Assembly: GCF_006345805.1 (NCBI RefSeq)
Contig: NW_021832439.1
Location: 1-64,000, forward strand
DNA length: 64,000 nucleotides
Reading direction: 5' to 3'
From: Octopus sinensis
Lineage: Eukaryota
Shown: positions 37,301-49,086 of the stretch, piece by piece
Layout: the number at the start of each line of letters is the position of its first letter
How positions within the stretch are numbered: position 1 is the first letter of the stretch
The notes under the pieces: generated by a model
Databases searched by the model: none
What the model was told of the DNA's origin: nothing
What the model saw: only the letters and a program-made list of their open reading frames with translations
Program-made: the position numbers and the translations under genes

Positions 37301-37600
37301 CATTTAACGTCCGCTTTCCATGCTAGCATGGGTTGGCCGATTTGACTGAGGTCTGGCAAACCAGACTCCAATCTGATCTGGCAGAATTTCTACAGCTGGA
37401 TGCTCTTCCTAACGCCAACCACTCTGAGAGTAATAATAATAATAACTTTGAAAAATACCTTAGGAATGAGAACTCAGGTTCGAAGTTTCCCCAAGACACC
37501 TGATGAAGGCTGGAGAGTATATCAGCCGAAACGTTGTGTTAACAACAAACAAGATGAGGACAAATATCTGTCAAAGGTAAATAATGATGATAAATGTAAG
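37190..37600 (+). mobile_element. tRNA-headed, hammerhead-bearing non-autonomous element (right arm), interrupted by a family C fragment
   Basis: A-box-like TGGCATATTGG and B-box GTTCGATTCC, an (AAT)n linker, then a body containing the hammerhead and a tail of aatgtaaat-type repeats. Confidence 0.7.
37495..37540 (+). ncRNA. Type I hammerhead ribozyme motif, short-stem-III (Penelope-associated) form
   Basis: GACAC CTGATGA A GGCTG-loop-CAGCC GAAA CG TT GTGTT. Core CUGAUGA/GAAA, 5-bp stem II, palindromic AACGTT in place of stem III, and stem I GACAC/GTGTT. Predicted cleavage after 37535. Confidence 0.7.
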
Positions 37601-38103
37601 CAAACAAAATTTGCTTTTAGAAGCGTTGAGATGTACTGAAAGATAAAGATAAGGAAATAATTTATTCTCAAAAGCAGAATAGTGCTGACAGCAGGAACAC
37701 GATAAAACATGATACTTATCCTAATATTCTTTTTTCCTGAACCGCAAAGTTAAAGGGATGTAAACACACCAACACCGGTTGTCAAGCAGTGGTGAAGGAA
37801 ACACACATACACACACACGGGGTTTCCTGCAGTCCCCGTCTACCAAATCCACTCACAAGGCTATAGTAGAAGATACTTGAACCCGGAACTTTGTGGTTGG
37901 GAAGCAAGCTACTTACCACACTGCCACACTTGCGCCAAATGTTCGTATGTCAATTTTTATTTATCGTTGCTACGGCCCCTGACGAGGGCATTTTCTTGAA
38001 TTGTTTAGTCAGACCTTACTGGCCTCAAATAACTATTTTATCGATATCGATAAGCGAACATCTATGTTGCTGCGTATTTTCCACAGTGGCAGGAGTGGCA
38101 TAT

Positions 38104-38277
38104 AGGCGCAGGAGTGACTGTGTGGTAAGTAGCTTGTTTACCAACCACATGGTTCCAGGTTCAGTCCCACTGTGTGGCAACTTGGGCAAGTGTCTTCTAC
38201 TATAGCCCCGGGCCGACCAAAGCCTTGTGAGTGGATTTGGTAGACGGAAACTGAAAGAAGCCCGTCGTATATATGTG

Positions 38278-38310
<33 letters not shown>

Positions 38311-38529
38311 TTGTGTTTGTCCCCCTAGCATTGCTTGACAACCGATGCTGGTGTGTTTATGTCTCCGTTACTTAGCAGTTCGGCAAAAGAGACCGATAGA
38401 ATAAGTACTGGGCTTACACAAAGAATAAGTACTGGGCTTACACAAAGAATAAGTCCCGGGGTCGAGTTGCTCGATTAAAGGCGGTGCTCCAGCATGGCCA
38501 CAGTCAAATGACTGAAACAACTAAAAGAG
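38104..38529 (+). mobile_element. SINE family A with internal ~24-bp tandem duplication
   Basis: aagaataagtactgggcttacaca repeated at ~38398-38445. Confidence 0.9.
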
Positions 38530-38783
38530 TCTCATGAAGGGGCGCAACTCGATATAAAATCGTTTTACACCCATAAATAATCCGCAGTTTCTCCATAAAT
38601 TCCACACAAAGCATCGATCGATCGAATCGTGGCTACAGAAAAAAAAAATAAGGAAAAAAAAAACACCTGAGTAAACGCCGAGCAGTGGGATCGAAACCCA
38701 GATATGCGTGGCAGCAAAAACGAACATTTCTAAACCACACGTCTAATGTTTCCAAAGACCTAAAAAATTTAGATCGGAAATCA

Positions 38784-38814
<31 letters not shown>

Positions 38815-38816
<2 letters not shown>

Positions 38817-39025
38817 ACTTAGATATGTTTCGACCAAAGATTGGTCCAGGCCATGTCTAACTTAATAGCACCACCTGATAGGATTATCTAAATCCTGTTT
38901 AAGTCAAGTTTTGTTTATGGTCCATTCAAGTAGTGAGTTTTTGTTGGGTGAGTTGTATCCAATTATGGGTGGCTTATCTGGTATTCCTTGAAGGAATCTA
39001 TCCAGACTCCGTTTAAAGTTGAGGA
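38815..39025 (-). mobile_element. 3' end of a CR1/L2-like LINE
   Basis: NFKRSLDRFLQGIPDKPPIIGYNSPNKNSLLEW resembles CR1-group ORF2 C-termini, followed by a short 3' UTR. Confidence 0.55.
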
Positions 39026-39031
39026 TAGATT

Positions 39032-39066
<35 letters not shown>

Positions 39067-39337
39067 TTCAGCAAAAATTTAGATTCAGATGAATATGGTA
39101 TATGGTACTTAAGCAAAAGGCACCAGAATTTGGTATGGTATTACCCATATAATTCAAACGGGGTGACTATTATCAAAATAAGCAACAAGGATATCCAAAG
39201 GTAGTATATATATGTGTGTATGTACGTATGTATGTATGTATGTGTATATATATATATATATATTATATGTAGAAAAATACAAACTGGGACAAGAACGTAA
39301 AACATTTAGAAGACGATACAAAAACACGACACATGTA

Positions 39338-39373
<36 letters not shown>

Positions 39374-39444
39374 CGTATGTATATTTATCTAGATATATTA
39401 AACGCGTATCTTGGTATATGTAGTAGTGGGTCGAACAAGCTTAC

Positions 39445-39530
39445 GATAAAAGACGATCCAGCTGTGACCGTCTCGTCCATTTTTTTCCCCCTTTTGTTTT
39501 TTTTTTTTACTGCATCTTCGTTATTATTTC
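39445..39530 (-). other. Candidate first/upstream exon with donor GTAAGC
   Basis: aaaATGGACGAG...TTTATC|GTAAGC (MDETVTAGSSFI) in non-repetitive sequence, just downstream of a CpG-rich (GCGT)n tract. The 5' boundary is unknown. Confidence 0.3.
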
Positions 39531-39599
39531 GAAGGACAGCCTCTATCATTATAAAATTATCCCCTCTTCCTTGTTTTGTTTTGGGTTTTTTTTTGAAGG

Positions 39600-40190
39600 A
39601 CGAAAGAGTGTGCGCGTGCGTGCGAGTATGTGCGTGCGTGCGTGCGTGCGTGCGTGCGGGCGCGTTAGCCCCGTCTCTTGATGAGGTAGGAAGAGAAAAA
39701 AAGATAAAAAGATCTAAGATAGATAAGCTAGAAACAGAAGATAGATATATGAGACAGACAGACACATACATACATAGGTATTCAGGATTCATAGTTCACA
39801 GCCACAATGTCTAGAGTGGCCGGTGTATTAGAAAGAAGCGAATGGAATTGCGACTCTAAAACCGTCTCTAAATTAAAATCTAAGGCCATGTTACACGTGT
39901 GCAAATACATCTCTCAATCTTTTTTCCTTTTTCTTCTTACCATAACAAAACATGAATGGAATAAAAATCAGACATAGAGGAATCTTTGAAGAGGAAAAAA
40001 ACAGTTGGTTAATTACTTCGGTACTTCCGTGTGGCTTGTCGACGAGGTGACGAGCCGTTGGTGTTTGTTTGTTGAACATCAAAGTTGAGACTTCTATTCA
40101 TATCCCAGAGAGAAGAAGTGAAGGTGGCGGGTAAAAAAGATCGACGCGAATCGCGATTTACGACAGTCGTAAAACACACCCATCTCGGAT
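39600..40190. promoter_or_regulatory. Candidate promoter region
   Basis: Locally CpG-rich unique DNA. It has (GCGT)n at 39610-39665, ETS-type ACTTCCG at 40023, TGACG at 40048 and an E2F-like TGGCGGG at ~40123, upstream of the candidate exon at 39445. Confidence 0.35.
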
Positions 40191-40203
40191 ATGTATTTAT
40201 ACA

Positions 40204-40579
40204 TCTTTTACATGTTTCAGTTATTTGACTGCGGCCATGCTGGAGCACCGCCTTTAATCGAGCAAATCGACCCCGGGACTTATTCCTTTGTAAGCCCAGT
40301 ACTTACTCTATCGGTCTCTTTTGCCGAACCGCTAAGTAACGGGGACATAAACACACCAGCATCGGTTGTCAAGCAATGATAGGGGGACAAACACACAAAC
40401 ACACACATATATATACGACGGGCTTCTTTCAGTTTCCGTCTACCAAATCCATTCACAAGGCTTTGGTCGGCCCGAAGCTATAGTAGAAGACACTTGCCCA
40501 AGGTTCCACGCAGTGGGACTGAACCCAGAACCATGTGGTTGGTAAACAAGCTACTTACCACACAGCCACGCCTGCGCCT
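40204..40579 (-). mobile_element. SINE family A
   Basis: Full-length reverse copy. Confidence 0.9.
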
Positions 40580-40825
40580 ATATATTTATACATCTTTTTG
40601 TAATCTTTTATTTGGCTTCGGTTTATTAAACTAAAATTGCGGCCGTGCTGGAGCACCGCTTTGAGAAAATTTTAAGTTTGAATGAATCGTCCTTCACTGC
40701 CTATTATTTTTTTCCCAAGCCTGGTACTTTGTTTTATCGGGCGATTTTGTCGAACCGCTATATTAAAGGGACGTAAACAAACCAAGACCAGTCGTGAAGA
40801 GATGCTGGGAGGGAAGTCAAACACA

Positions 40826-41010
40826 GGTACTACTTGGGAACAGTGGCCCCGGTGCGCGCACTCGCGTATCCGCGCTAGCTAGTCGTGACTAGTCGATCCT
40901 ACGACTACCTAGCAAAGTAAATAAAACACAAAAACACAAAGTAAGGATCGACTGGTCATGACTAGCTTGCGCGAGTGCGCGCACTGAGACCACTGTTCTC
41001 ATGTAGAACC
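40826..41010. mobile_element. 185-bp CpG-rich palindromic element
   Basis: Left ggtactacttgggaacagtgg..gtgcgcgcactcgcg..gctagtcgtgactagtcgatcct mirrors the right arm. A related left end recurs at 63940. Confidence 0.75.
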
Positions 41011-42282
41011 GCCATCCAAGCCTGGTACTTGTTTTATCGGGCGGTGTTGTCGAACCGCTATATTAAAGGGACGTAAACAAACCAAGACCGGTCGTCAAGT
41101 GATGCTGAGGGGGTCAAACACACACACACACACACATTCACGCAGTTACATATCTTTTATCATACTTGTTTATGTCATGGAACTAGAGCCATGCTGGGGC
41201 ACCGCCTTGAAAGGTTCAGTCGAACAAATCGACCCCAGTACTTTAATCCTAACCGCTGGTGTTAATTTTATCAACCGCAAAAGAGACCGATAGAATAAGT
41301 ACTGGGCTTACAAAAAGAATAAGTTCCAGGGTCGAGTTGCTCGATTAAAGGTGGTGCTCCAGCATGGCCGCAGTCAACTGACTGAAACAAGTAAAAGAGT
41401 AAAAGAGAGAGAATTTCTCAACAAAATACACTCTAAACTTGCTAGTTCAGTCGAGTTTTGGACCAGTGTTTTACGAAAAAAAAAAACTCGTTCGCGCCCA
41501 AAATAATTTTTATGCGGGTGGAGGCGGGGTGGGGAGACAGATGAACGATGTCTCATTCTCTGCTATATATATATATATATATATATAATGAACCATTTCT
41601 TAAACATACACGATATAGTCTATAAATGTGGGATGTTTTTGAAAGATAATATATTTTATCATCAGAATATATATACTTTCTCACACTACAATTAAGATTT
41701 ATTTATTTTAAATTCCCGCACTTACTGTATTTAATTCCACTAGTTCCTTTTGCCGAACCACTAAAATGTAGGGATGTAAATAAACCAACACCTCTTTTTA
41801 TCAAACAGTAAGAAATACACACACACCACACACACACACACACGCACTTATACATACAACGGATTTCTTCCAAACAGTTTCCGTCTACTAAGTTTCCTCA
41901 CAGAACCCGAAACCACTACATGACTGCGAAGTAAACTTCTAAACCACACAACCATACCTACGACTGTGTGCATGTGTGAGAGAGCGCAAATAGTGCGATT
42001 CTTTGATAAAGACAAGACAAAACAATAAGGATATTTTCATTTGCTGCAGAAGGAAAAACAAACGTATTTTAATGAAGTCATAATAATCTGGTTAAAAGCT
42101 GACTGTGAATTCACATCCGACCTCAACGGCTTTTTTCAATAGAATTCTGAAAAAAGATATTCCTGTTTGTTTATTTTCTTTGAGTTTTTAACTCAAGAAT
42201 GAAGGCATCACCCCTGAGCTTTCATAGGGCCACCGAGACTTGTAAGAGGGAAGGAAAAAGCGACACATACCACACAAGTGTG

Positions 42283-42703
42283 GGATTTTTCGGTTTGAAC
42301 GGCAGTTTTTAACATAATTTCTACGTAACTAAACACTTTTAAACTTCGTATACTGGTAGAATGTGTTTATAAAACATCGTTTTCTCTTGGCCTTCTTGAG
42401 AAAATTCTATAGTTTGTATAAGATATTTCGTCTTTAATTTCTTGCATTTCGGCAATTTTAACCAATCACTGACCGTCTATTGAGGTAAAAAAAAAACCAT
42501 TCAGTGCCGTATGAATATGTCCCTCGTTTAAGAAACAGATTGGGTTTATTTACATTTCTGAAGAAAAAAAGATACCCTTCCCCTAACCAACCTTAAATCT
42601 AAAACAGATTGAAATGCAATAGATCGATACTAAGGTCATAATTATGGGTGACAATTTCATATGAAACCGCTAGAAAAAACTGCCGTTCAAGCCGAAAAGA
42701 TCC
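42283..42703 (+). mobile_element. ~420-bp MITE with ~28-bp TIRs
   Basis: ggatttttcggtttgaacggcagttttt ... aaaaactgccgttcaagccgaaaagatcc. Confidence 0.8.
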
Positions 42704-42869
42704 AATTTCATTAAAAAACATTAATTTTTTTAATTTATATTCTTAAAGAGGAAACAAAGTCGAACGGGTACACATTTGTGATGCCGGAAGAAGGTAATAT
42801 AAACGAAAAATACACCGCCGATAGTTGTTGACAAACAACGGCAGTAATTTTAGTCCACTGAATACACGT

Positions 42870-43058
42870 CATTGATTGGTTGAAATTACCGAAATAGGCC
42901 TACTTTAACGTGAAATTACTTCGTAAATATAAGTTTTTCTCAAAAATGCTATGAGTAAAAGATGTTTTATATGACACATTCTACCAGTGTCCGAAGTTTG
43001 AAAGTGTTTAGTTACAAAAAATTATTTTAAAAATCTGTCGGTCAAACGGTAAAGATCT
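42870..43058 (-). mobile_element. Diverged partial relative of the 420-bp MITE
   Basis: Shares gtcattgattggttgaaatt...acacattctaccagt...aagtgtttagttac and a TIR-like end. Confidence 0.6.
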
Positions 43059-43110
43059 AAAACCACTTCAAATCGGTGATGTCCATTCCGTGGGTTTTTA
43101 AGGCTGTGTA

Positions 43111-43522
43111 CTCTTTACTCTTTGACTTGTTTCAGTCATTTGACTGCGGCCATGCTGGAGCACCGCCTTTAGTCGAGCAAATTGACCCCCCCCCCCAGGA
43201 CTTATTCTTTGTAAGCCCAGTACTTATTCTATCGGTCCCTCTTTTGCCGAACCGCTAAGAGACGGGGACGTAAACACACCAGCATCGGTTGTCAAGCAAT
43301 GCTAGGGGACAAACACAGACACACAAACATACACACACACACGCATATATATATACATACATATATACGACGGGCTTCTTTCAGTTTCCGTCTACCAAAT
43401 CCACTCACAAGGCATTGGTCGGCCCGAGGCTATAGCAGAAGGCACTTGCCCAAGGTTCCACGCTGTGGGACTGAACCCGGAACCATGTGGTTGGTAAGCA
43501 AGCTACTTACCACCACACAGCC
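43111..43522 (-). mobile_element. SINE family A
   Basis: Near full-length reverse copy. Confidence 0.9.
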
Positions 43523-43844
43523 AGTCGTTTGTGATTTTAGGGAAATTTGGTTGCTATTTTTAGCGGGTTGAGTGACAGCAATGAAAAAAACTCCTTGGCT
43601 AATTTCGCTGCTGTGTCTAGGAAGTCGAACTACATTGCTGACAGAGGGAATTAAGAGTGAAACGAGAGATGTTCTTAGTTCCGTGGTGTGGTGGTGGTGG
43701 TGGTGTGTGTGTGTGTGTGTGGACGACATACGTTGACTAAGCTATTTATAAAAATGACGGCCAACAGAGAACAGCAAATGTTTGAGGTTAATTATAGAGA
43801 CCTGAGCAATTTTAACGGGAAGGAAGATAAGAAGGAAAGAGAGG

Positions 43845-43887
43845 ACGAGAGAGAGAGAGAGATAAATATAAGGTGGAGAGAGAGGGA

Positions 43888-43922
<35 letters not shown>

Positions 43923-44125
43923 GAAAGTGCAGAAAGACAATGGTAGACGAGAAGAGAAAGAGAGAGATGGGAGGTGAAACAAAAGGAGAGGAGAGAGACA
44001 GGATTATGGAAAGACACTGAAATTTAGAGATCAGATGAGAAACAGAGAGGAGAAGAGAGGGGAAAAGTATAAGAGAGAGGAAAAGAGAAAGGAAAGGTAA
44101 AAGAGAGAGAGAGAGAGAGAGAAGA
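43845..44125 (+). repeat. GA-rich low-complexity tract
   Basis: Directly visible. Confidence 0.9.
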
Positions 44126-44536
44126 GCATGTAATGAAAAGATAGTCAAAAACAAAAAAAAAGTCTTTTCACGTGAATGAAAATCGAAAGTAAATACGAGA
44201 AATTCAATGAATTTTAAACTGAAGTATATACGATAAAAACGAGCCCGTATGTGGTCGCGAAATATGCAAGAAACAGCAGCCATACACACACATACAAACG
44301 CAGTGTTTAATGAAGTGTGATCAAATGTTACTTCAGGACGATGGCGTAAGTAAATAAAATGGATAAAACTTGCAATGAAGTTTCTTTTGAACTACACAAA
44401 TACACACACAGAGGGTGGATCAAAACACGGTTTCTATACACCATTCTTCGGAAAAAGTTTCAACAGGAAGTGCAAGGTGTGTACTGATCCAAACTAACTG
44501 TAACTGAAGAAAAAACGGTAAAAATATTAGCTATGT

Positions 44537-44977
44537 AAATCAAAATCGAAATCGATCAACATCAATGGAAATTGTAGCTGTGATACCAGTGCTGGTGGCA
44601 CATAAGAGAACCATCCGAACGTGGTCATTGCCAGCGCTGCCCTGACTGGCCTCCGTGCCGGTGGCATGTAAAAAGCACCATCCGAACGTGGCCGTTGCCA
44701 GCACCACCCCAACTGGCCGCCGTGCCGGTGACACGTAAAAAGCACCATTCGATTGTGGTCCTTTGCCAGGCCCGCCTGGCCCCCGTGCCGGTGGCACGTA
44801 AAAAGCACCTACTATACTCACGGAGTGGTTGGCGTTAGGAAGGGCATCCAGCTGTAGAAACACTGCCAGACCAGACTGGAGCCTGGTACAGCCTCCTGGC
44901 TTCCCAGACCCCAGTTGAACCGTCCAACCCATGCCAGCATGGAAAACGGACGTTAAACGATGATGATGGTGATGATG
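44537..44977 (+). mobile_element. Family C retroposon with internal repeats
   Basis: Includes a 5' segment aatcaaaatcgaaatcgatc, four repeat motifs and a GAT tail. Confidence 0.85.
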
Positions 44978-45286
44978 TAAAGACATCGTTATCACAACAA
45001 TGGCCGTAACAGTGATTCGAAACCTCAACCACTAGATAATCAGTCAGACACTACAAACGAACCATCGTAGATTCATGCAACTGGTTTATTAATCTACCGA
45101 CCAGCGTGAGGCTATGGCATGATGGGACTTTCTAAAATGTTCTTTCCAGCTCCCTAAAAATAGCCAGTTTTGCCTCTCGGTTAATTGTAGAATGCATGTG
45201 CCTCCAGACATTTATGCACGCAATTCCAGGTTCTAGGACGGACCCATTGCTAACGTTCACACAATGTCATACAAGTAATTTCTACA

Positions 45287-45682
45287 GTCGCAGGAGTGGC
45301 TGTGTGGTAAGTAGCTTGCTTACCAACCACGTGGTTCCGGGTTCAGTCCCACTGCGTGGCATCTTGGGCAAGTGTCTTCTACTATAGCCTCGGGCTGACC
45401 AAAGCCTTGAGTAGATTTGGTAGACGGAAACTGAAAGAAGCCCGTCGTGTATATATATATATATATATGCGTTTGTGTGTCTGTGTTTGTCCCCCTAGCA
45501 TTGCTTGACAACCGATGCTGGTGTGTTTACGTCCCCGTCACTTAGCGGTTCGGCAAAAGAGGGACCGATAGAATAAGTACTGGGCTTACAAAAGAATAAG
45601 TCCCGGGGTCGATTTGCTTGACTAAAGGCGGTGCACCAGCATGGCCGCAGTCAAATGACTGAAACAAGTAAAAGAGAGAGAA
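45287..45682 (+). mobile_element. SINE family A
   Basis: Full-length copy. Confidence 0.9.
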
Positions 45683-46053
45683 AGAGAGTCGCAGCACAGT
45701 CTCTCTCTCTCTCTCTCTCTCCCTCTCAGTCAAACAATGATTTATGCCGTTCATTGTAAACAGCCAATATCCAACAAACATCTTTATGTCCAGCAATAAA
45801 TATAGCTGGACATAAATATGTCCCTTGTTCGCGAATGTGCTTCATTCGGAGTTCACGCACCCACGACAAGCTGCTCCGCACAGTAACAACAAGCAACATA
45901 CGGAGCATCGCGACCTCCTGAACATTTACTCCCCCGTGGACTTCCCGGTTTACATAGAAATGAGAGCTGTCACATCCAATCATGTTTATGAAGACATAAA
46001 ACACCTGCACCCCCACCCCCCTCCGTGTGTGGGGGGGGGATATATATGTCACT

Positions 46054-46449
46054 AAGGTGGCGAGCTGGCAGAATCGTTAGCACGCCGGACGAAATGCTTA
46101 GCAGTATTTCGTCTGCCGCTACGTTCTGAGTTCAAATTCTGCCGAGGTCGACTTTGCCTTTCATCCTTTCAGGGTCGATAAATTAAGTACCAGTTGTGCA
46201 CTGGGGGCGATGTAAAGTTAATCTGTTTGTCTGTCCTTGTTTGTCCCTTCTGTGTTTAGCCCCTTGTGGGTAATAAAGAAATAGGTATTTCATCTGCTGT
46301 TATGTTCTGAGGTCAAATTCCACCGAGGTCAACTTTGCCTTTCATCCTTTCAGGGTCGATAAATTAAGTACCAGTTACGCACTAGGGTCGATATAATCGA
46401 CTTAATCCGTTTGTCTCTCCTTGTTTGTCCTCTCTGTGTTTAGCTCCTT
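46054..46449 (+). mobile_element. SINE family B
   Basis: Two tandem body units. Confidence 0.88.
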
Positions 46450-46624
46450 GTGGGTAGTAGTGAAATAGATATATATGTCAGTGGGAGTGTTTGGAGGGTA
46501 TATTATATATCACTATTTAACATCCGTTTTTCCATGCCAGCATGGGTTGGGCGATTTGACATGAACAGATGAAGCAAAGAGTTGTGCTGCAGAGTTCCAA
46601 TGTCAGCTTTGAAATGATTTCTTA

Positions 46625-46893
46625 TTTCTTTATTGCCCACAAGGGGCTAAACACAGGGTGGACAGACAAAGGAATTAAGTCGATTATATCGACCCTCCCC
46701 AGTGCGTAACTGGTACTTAATTTATCGACCCCGAAAGGATGAAAGGCAAAGTCAACCTCAGCGGAATTTGAACTCAACGTAAAGACAGACGAAATACCTA
46801 TTTCTTTACTACCCACAAGGGGCTAGACATAGAGAGGACAAACAAGGACAGACAAGGGGATTAAGTCGATTATATCGACCCCAGTGCATAACT
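46625..46893 (-). mobile_element. SINE family B, inverted relative to 46054
   Basis: Reverse-complement body ~175 bp from the + copy. Confidence 0.85.
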
Positions 46894-46954
46894 GTCAAAC
46901 TGTCCGGATCTGACATCTCATACCCCAAAAACATCATTTTTAAATAAACAATCT

Positions 46955-47327
46955 AGTGCGGGAGTTGGCTGTGTGGTAAGGAACTTGCCTCCCATCACAT
47001 GGTTCAGGGATCGGTCCCACTGTGTGGCACCATGGGCAAAAGTCTTCTGTTATAGCCTCGAGCCAATCAAAGCCTTGTGCATGGATTTGGTAGACAGAAA
47101 CCGAAAGAAGTCCTTCGTGTGTGTCTGCTTATATATGTGAGTATATATATATATATATATATACATCATCATCGTCGTTTAACGTCCTCTTTCCATGCTG
47201 GCATGAATTGGATGGTTTGACTGAGGACTGGTGAGCCATAGGCTGCACCAGGCTCAATCTGATCTGGCAAAGTTCTACAGCTGGATGCCCTTCCTAACGT
47301 CAACCACTCCGAGAGTGTAGTACATAT

Positions 47328-47376
<49 letters not shown>

Positions 47377-47530
47377 TACTTCGTTTGTGCTTGTCCCCAA
47401 TCACTACTTGACAACCAGTGTTGGTGGGTTTATGTCCCCTCAACTTCGCATTTCAGCAAAAGAGACAATAGAATAAGTATTAGGCTCTAAAGAAAAAGGT
47501 CCTGGGGGTCGATTTGCTTCACTAAAAACC
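46955..47530 (+). mobile_element. SINE family A (diverged) with family C nested in its TA tract
   Basis: 5' half 46955-47110, 3' half 47380-47530. Confidence 0.75.
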
Positions 47531-48014
47531 CTTAAAGGTGGTGCTCCGGCTTCCCAACCACAGTGTTTCAGGTTCAGTCCCACTGCATGGCACGTTGGGC
47601 AAGTGTCTTTTACTATAGCCTCGGGCCAACCAAAGCCTTGTGAGTGAATTTGGTAGGCAGAAGTTCCACCACATGTATATGTATGTGAAAGGGCTCTCGT
47701 TTCCTTTGATGATGATGATGATATATATTATATACACACAACAGGTTTCTTACAGTTTCCATTTACCAAATCCATTCACAAAGGATTATAGCAGAAAATA
47801 CTTGCTCAAGGTGCTGTGCAGTGGGACTGAACTCAAAACCACACGATTGAGAAGTAAACCTCTTAACCACACATCTGTGCCTAAAACAAAAAAATACAAC
47901 AAATGCAAAGAGGAAGTCTTTTCACAGGAAGTTCATTCTAAAACGAGGCTAAATTTTGTTTCCCTACACAGAAGAGTGTGCTTAGCATTCAATTCCTAAG
48001 CAGGAACAACAGGT

Positions 48015-48345
48015 GGAGGCGCAATGGCCCAGTGGTTAGGGCAGCAGACTCGCGGTCGGAGGATAGCGGTTTCGATTCCCAGACCAAGCGTTGTGTGTGT
48101 TTATTGAGTGAAAACACCTAAAGCTCCACGAGGCTCTGGTAGGGGGTGGTGGCGACCCCTGTTGTACTCTTTCGCTCCAACTTTCTCTCACTCTTCCCCG
48201 ACTTCCTACGCAACCGCTGAGCCTGGATGCGCATTCATCCATCCGTCGATGCTCTCGGTGTCAGGAGATTGACCTGCTTTCTCTTCTGCGAGTCTTACAA
48301 ATAGCAAAGGACCACGATTCGGACTTCTCCCAAGGGGACGAAGAC
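48015..48345 (+). mobile_element. SINE family D (tRNA head ggaggcgcaatggcccagtggttaggg)
   Basis: A-box TGGCCCAGTGG, B-box GTTTCGATTCC; related to the 59445 and 54645 copies. Confidence 0.8.
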
Positions 48346-48618
48346 CGCTTCGCTCAACAGCAGCAACAACAACAACAACAACAAAAACATCAAGAGAATT
48401 TGAACCGTGGGGTTTTATGTAATTCAGATATTGGCAACCAAGAGTTAAATAACAACAACAACATCGACATCAACACTAACAGCCAAAGTTGCTCGACAAC
48501 ACCAACTCTGCCAACGGGTTAGATACAATAGGAGACTAACAATAACACACACCACTGAAACACCAACAGGTTTGATACTGTTGAGCAAAAAACAAGACCA
48601 CACGCCCTCCCACACCAA

Positions 48619-48682
<64 letters not shown>

Positions 48683-49054
48683 CCTCGTTCTCTCTGACTC
48701 CGTTGCAAATCATTAATCTGTTTATTTTGCCATCGTCAAATTAGCACATCCCTTCAGCGATAGAAGCCAGAAATCAATATGCTTCGACTTTTGTGATAGT
48801 ACAAGGATCAAATGAAACTTTGGTAAAAAATCGTGGAATCAATAATAATAATGGAGGTCAGGGTTGAAGGCAGAGTTCCACCCCTGCTTTAAGTGTGGCC
48901 TGAAGGACCACGTTAGAGCAGACTGCATGACAAGGACCAGGAAAGCAGAAGAGAAACGGGGTTGATAAATCAAATACCAGTTTTGTACTGGGGTCGATGT
49001 GATTGACAGTCACCCTCCCCACAAAATCCAGGCCTTGTGCCTATAATAGAAAAG

Positions 49055-49084
<30 letters not shown>

Positions 49085-49086
<2 letters not shown>

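Noticed and set aside
48015-48090. Possible tRNA genes (also the heads at 37190, 59836 and family A/B)
   Set aside because: A/B boxes are present but I could not build a complete cloverleaf, and each runs directly into a repeated SINE body.
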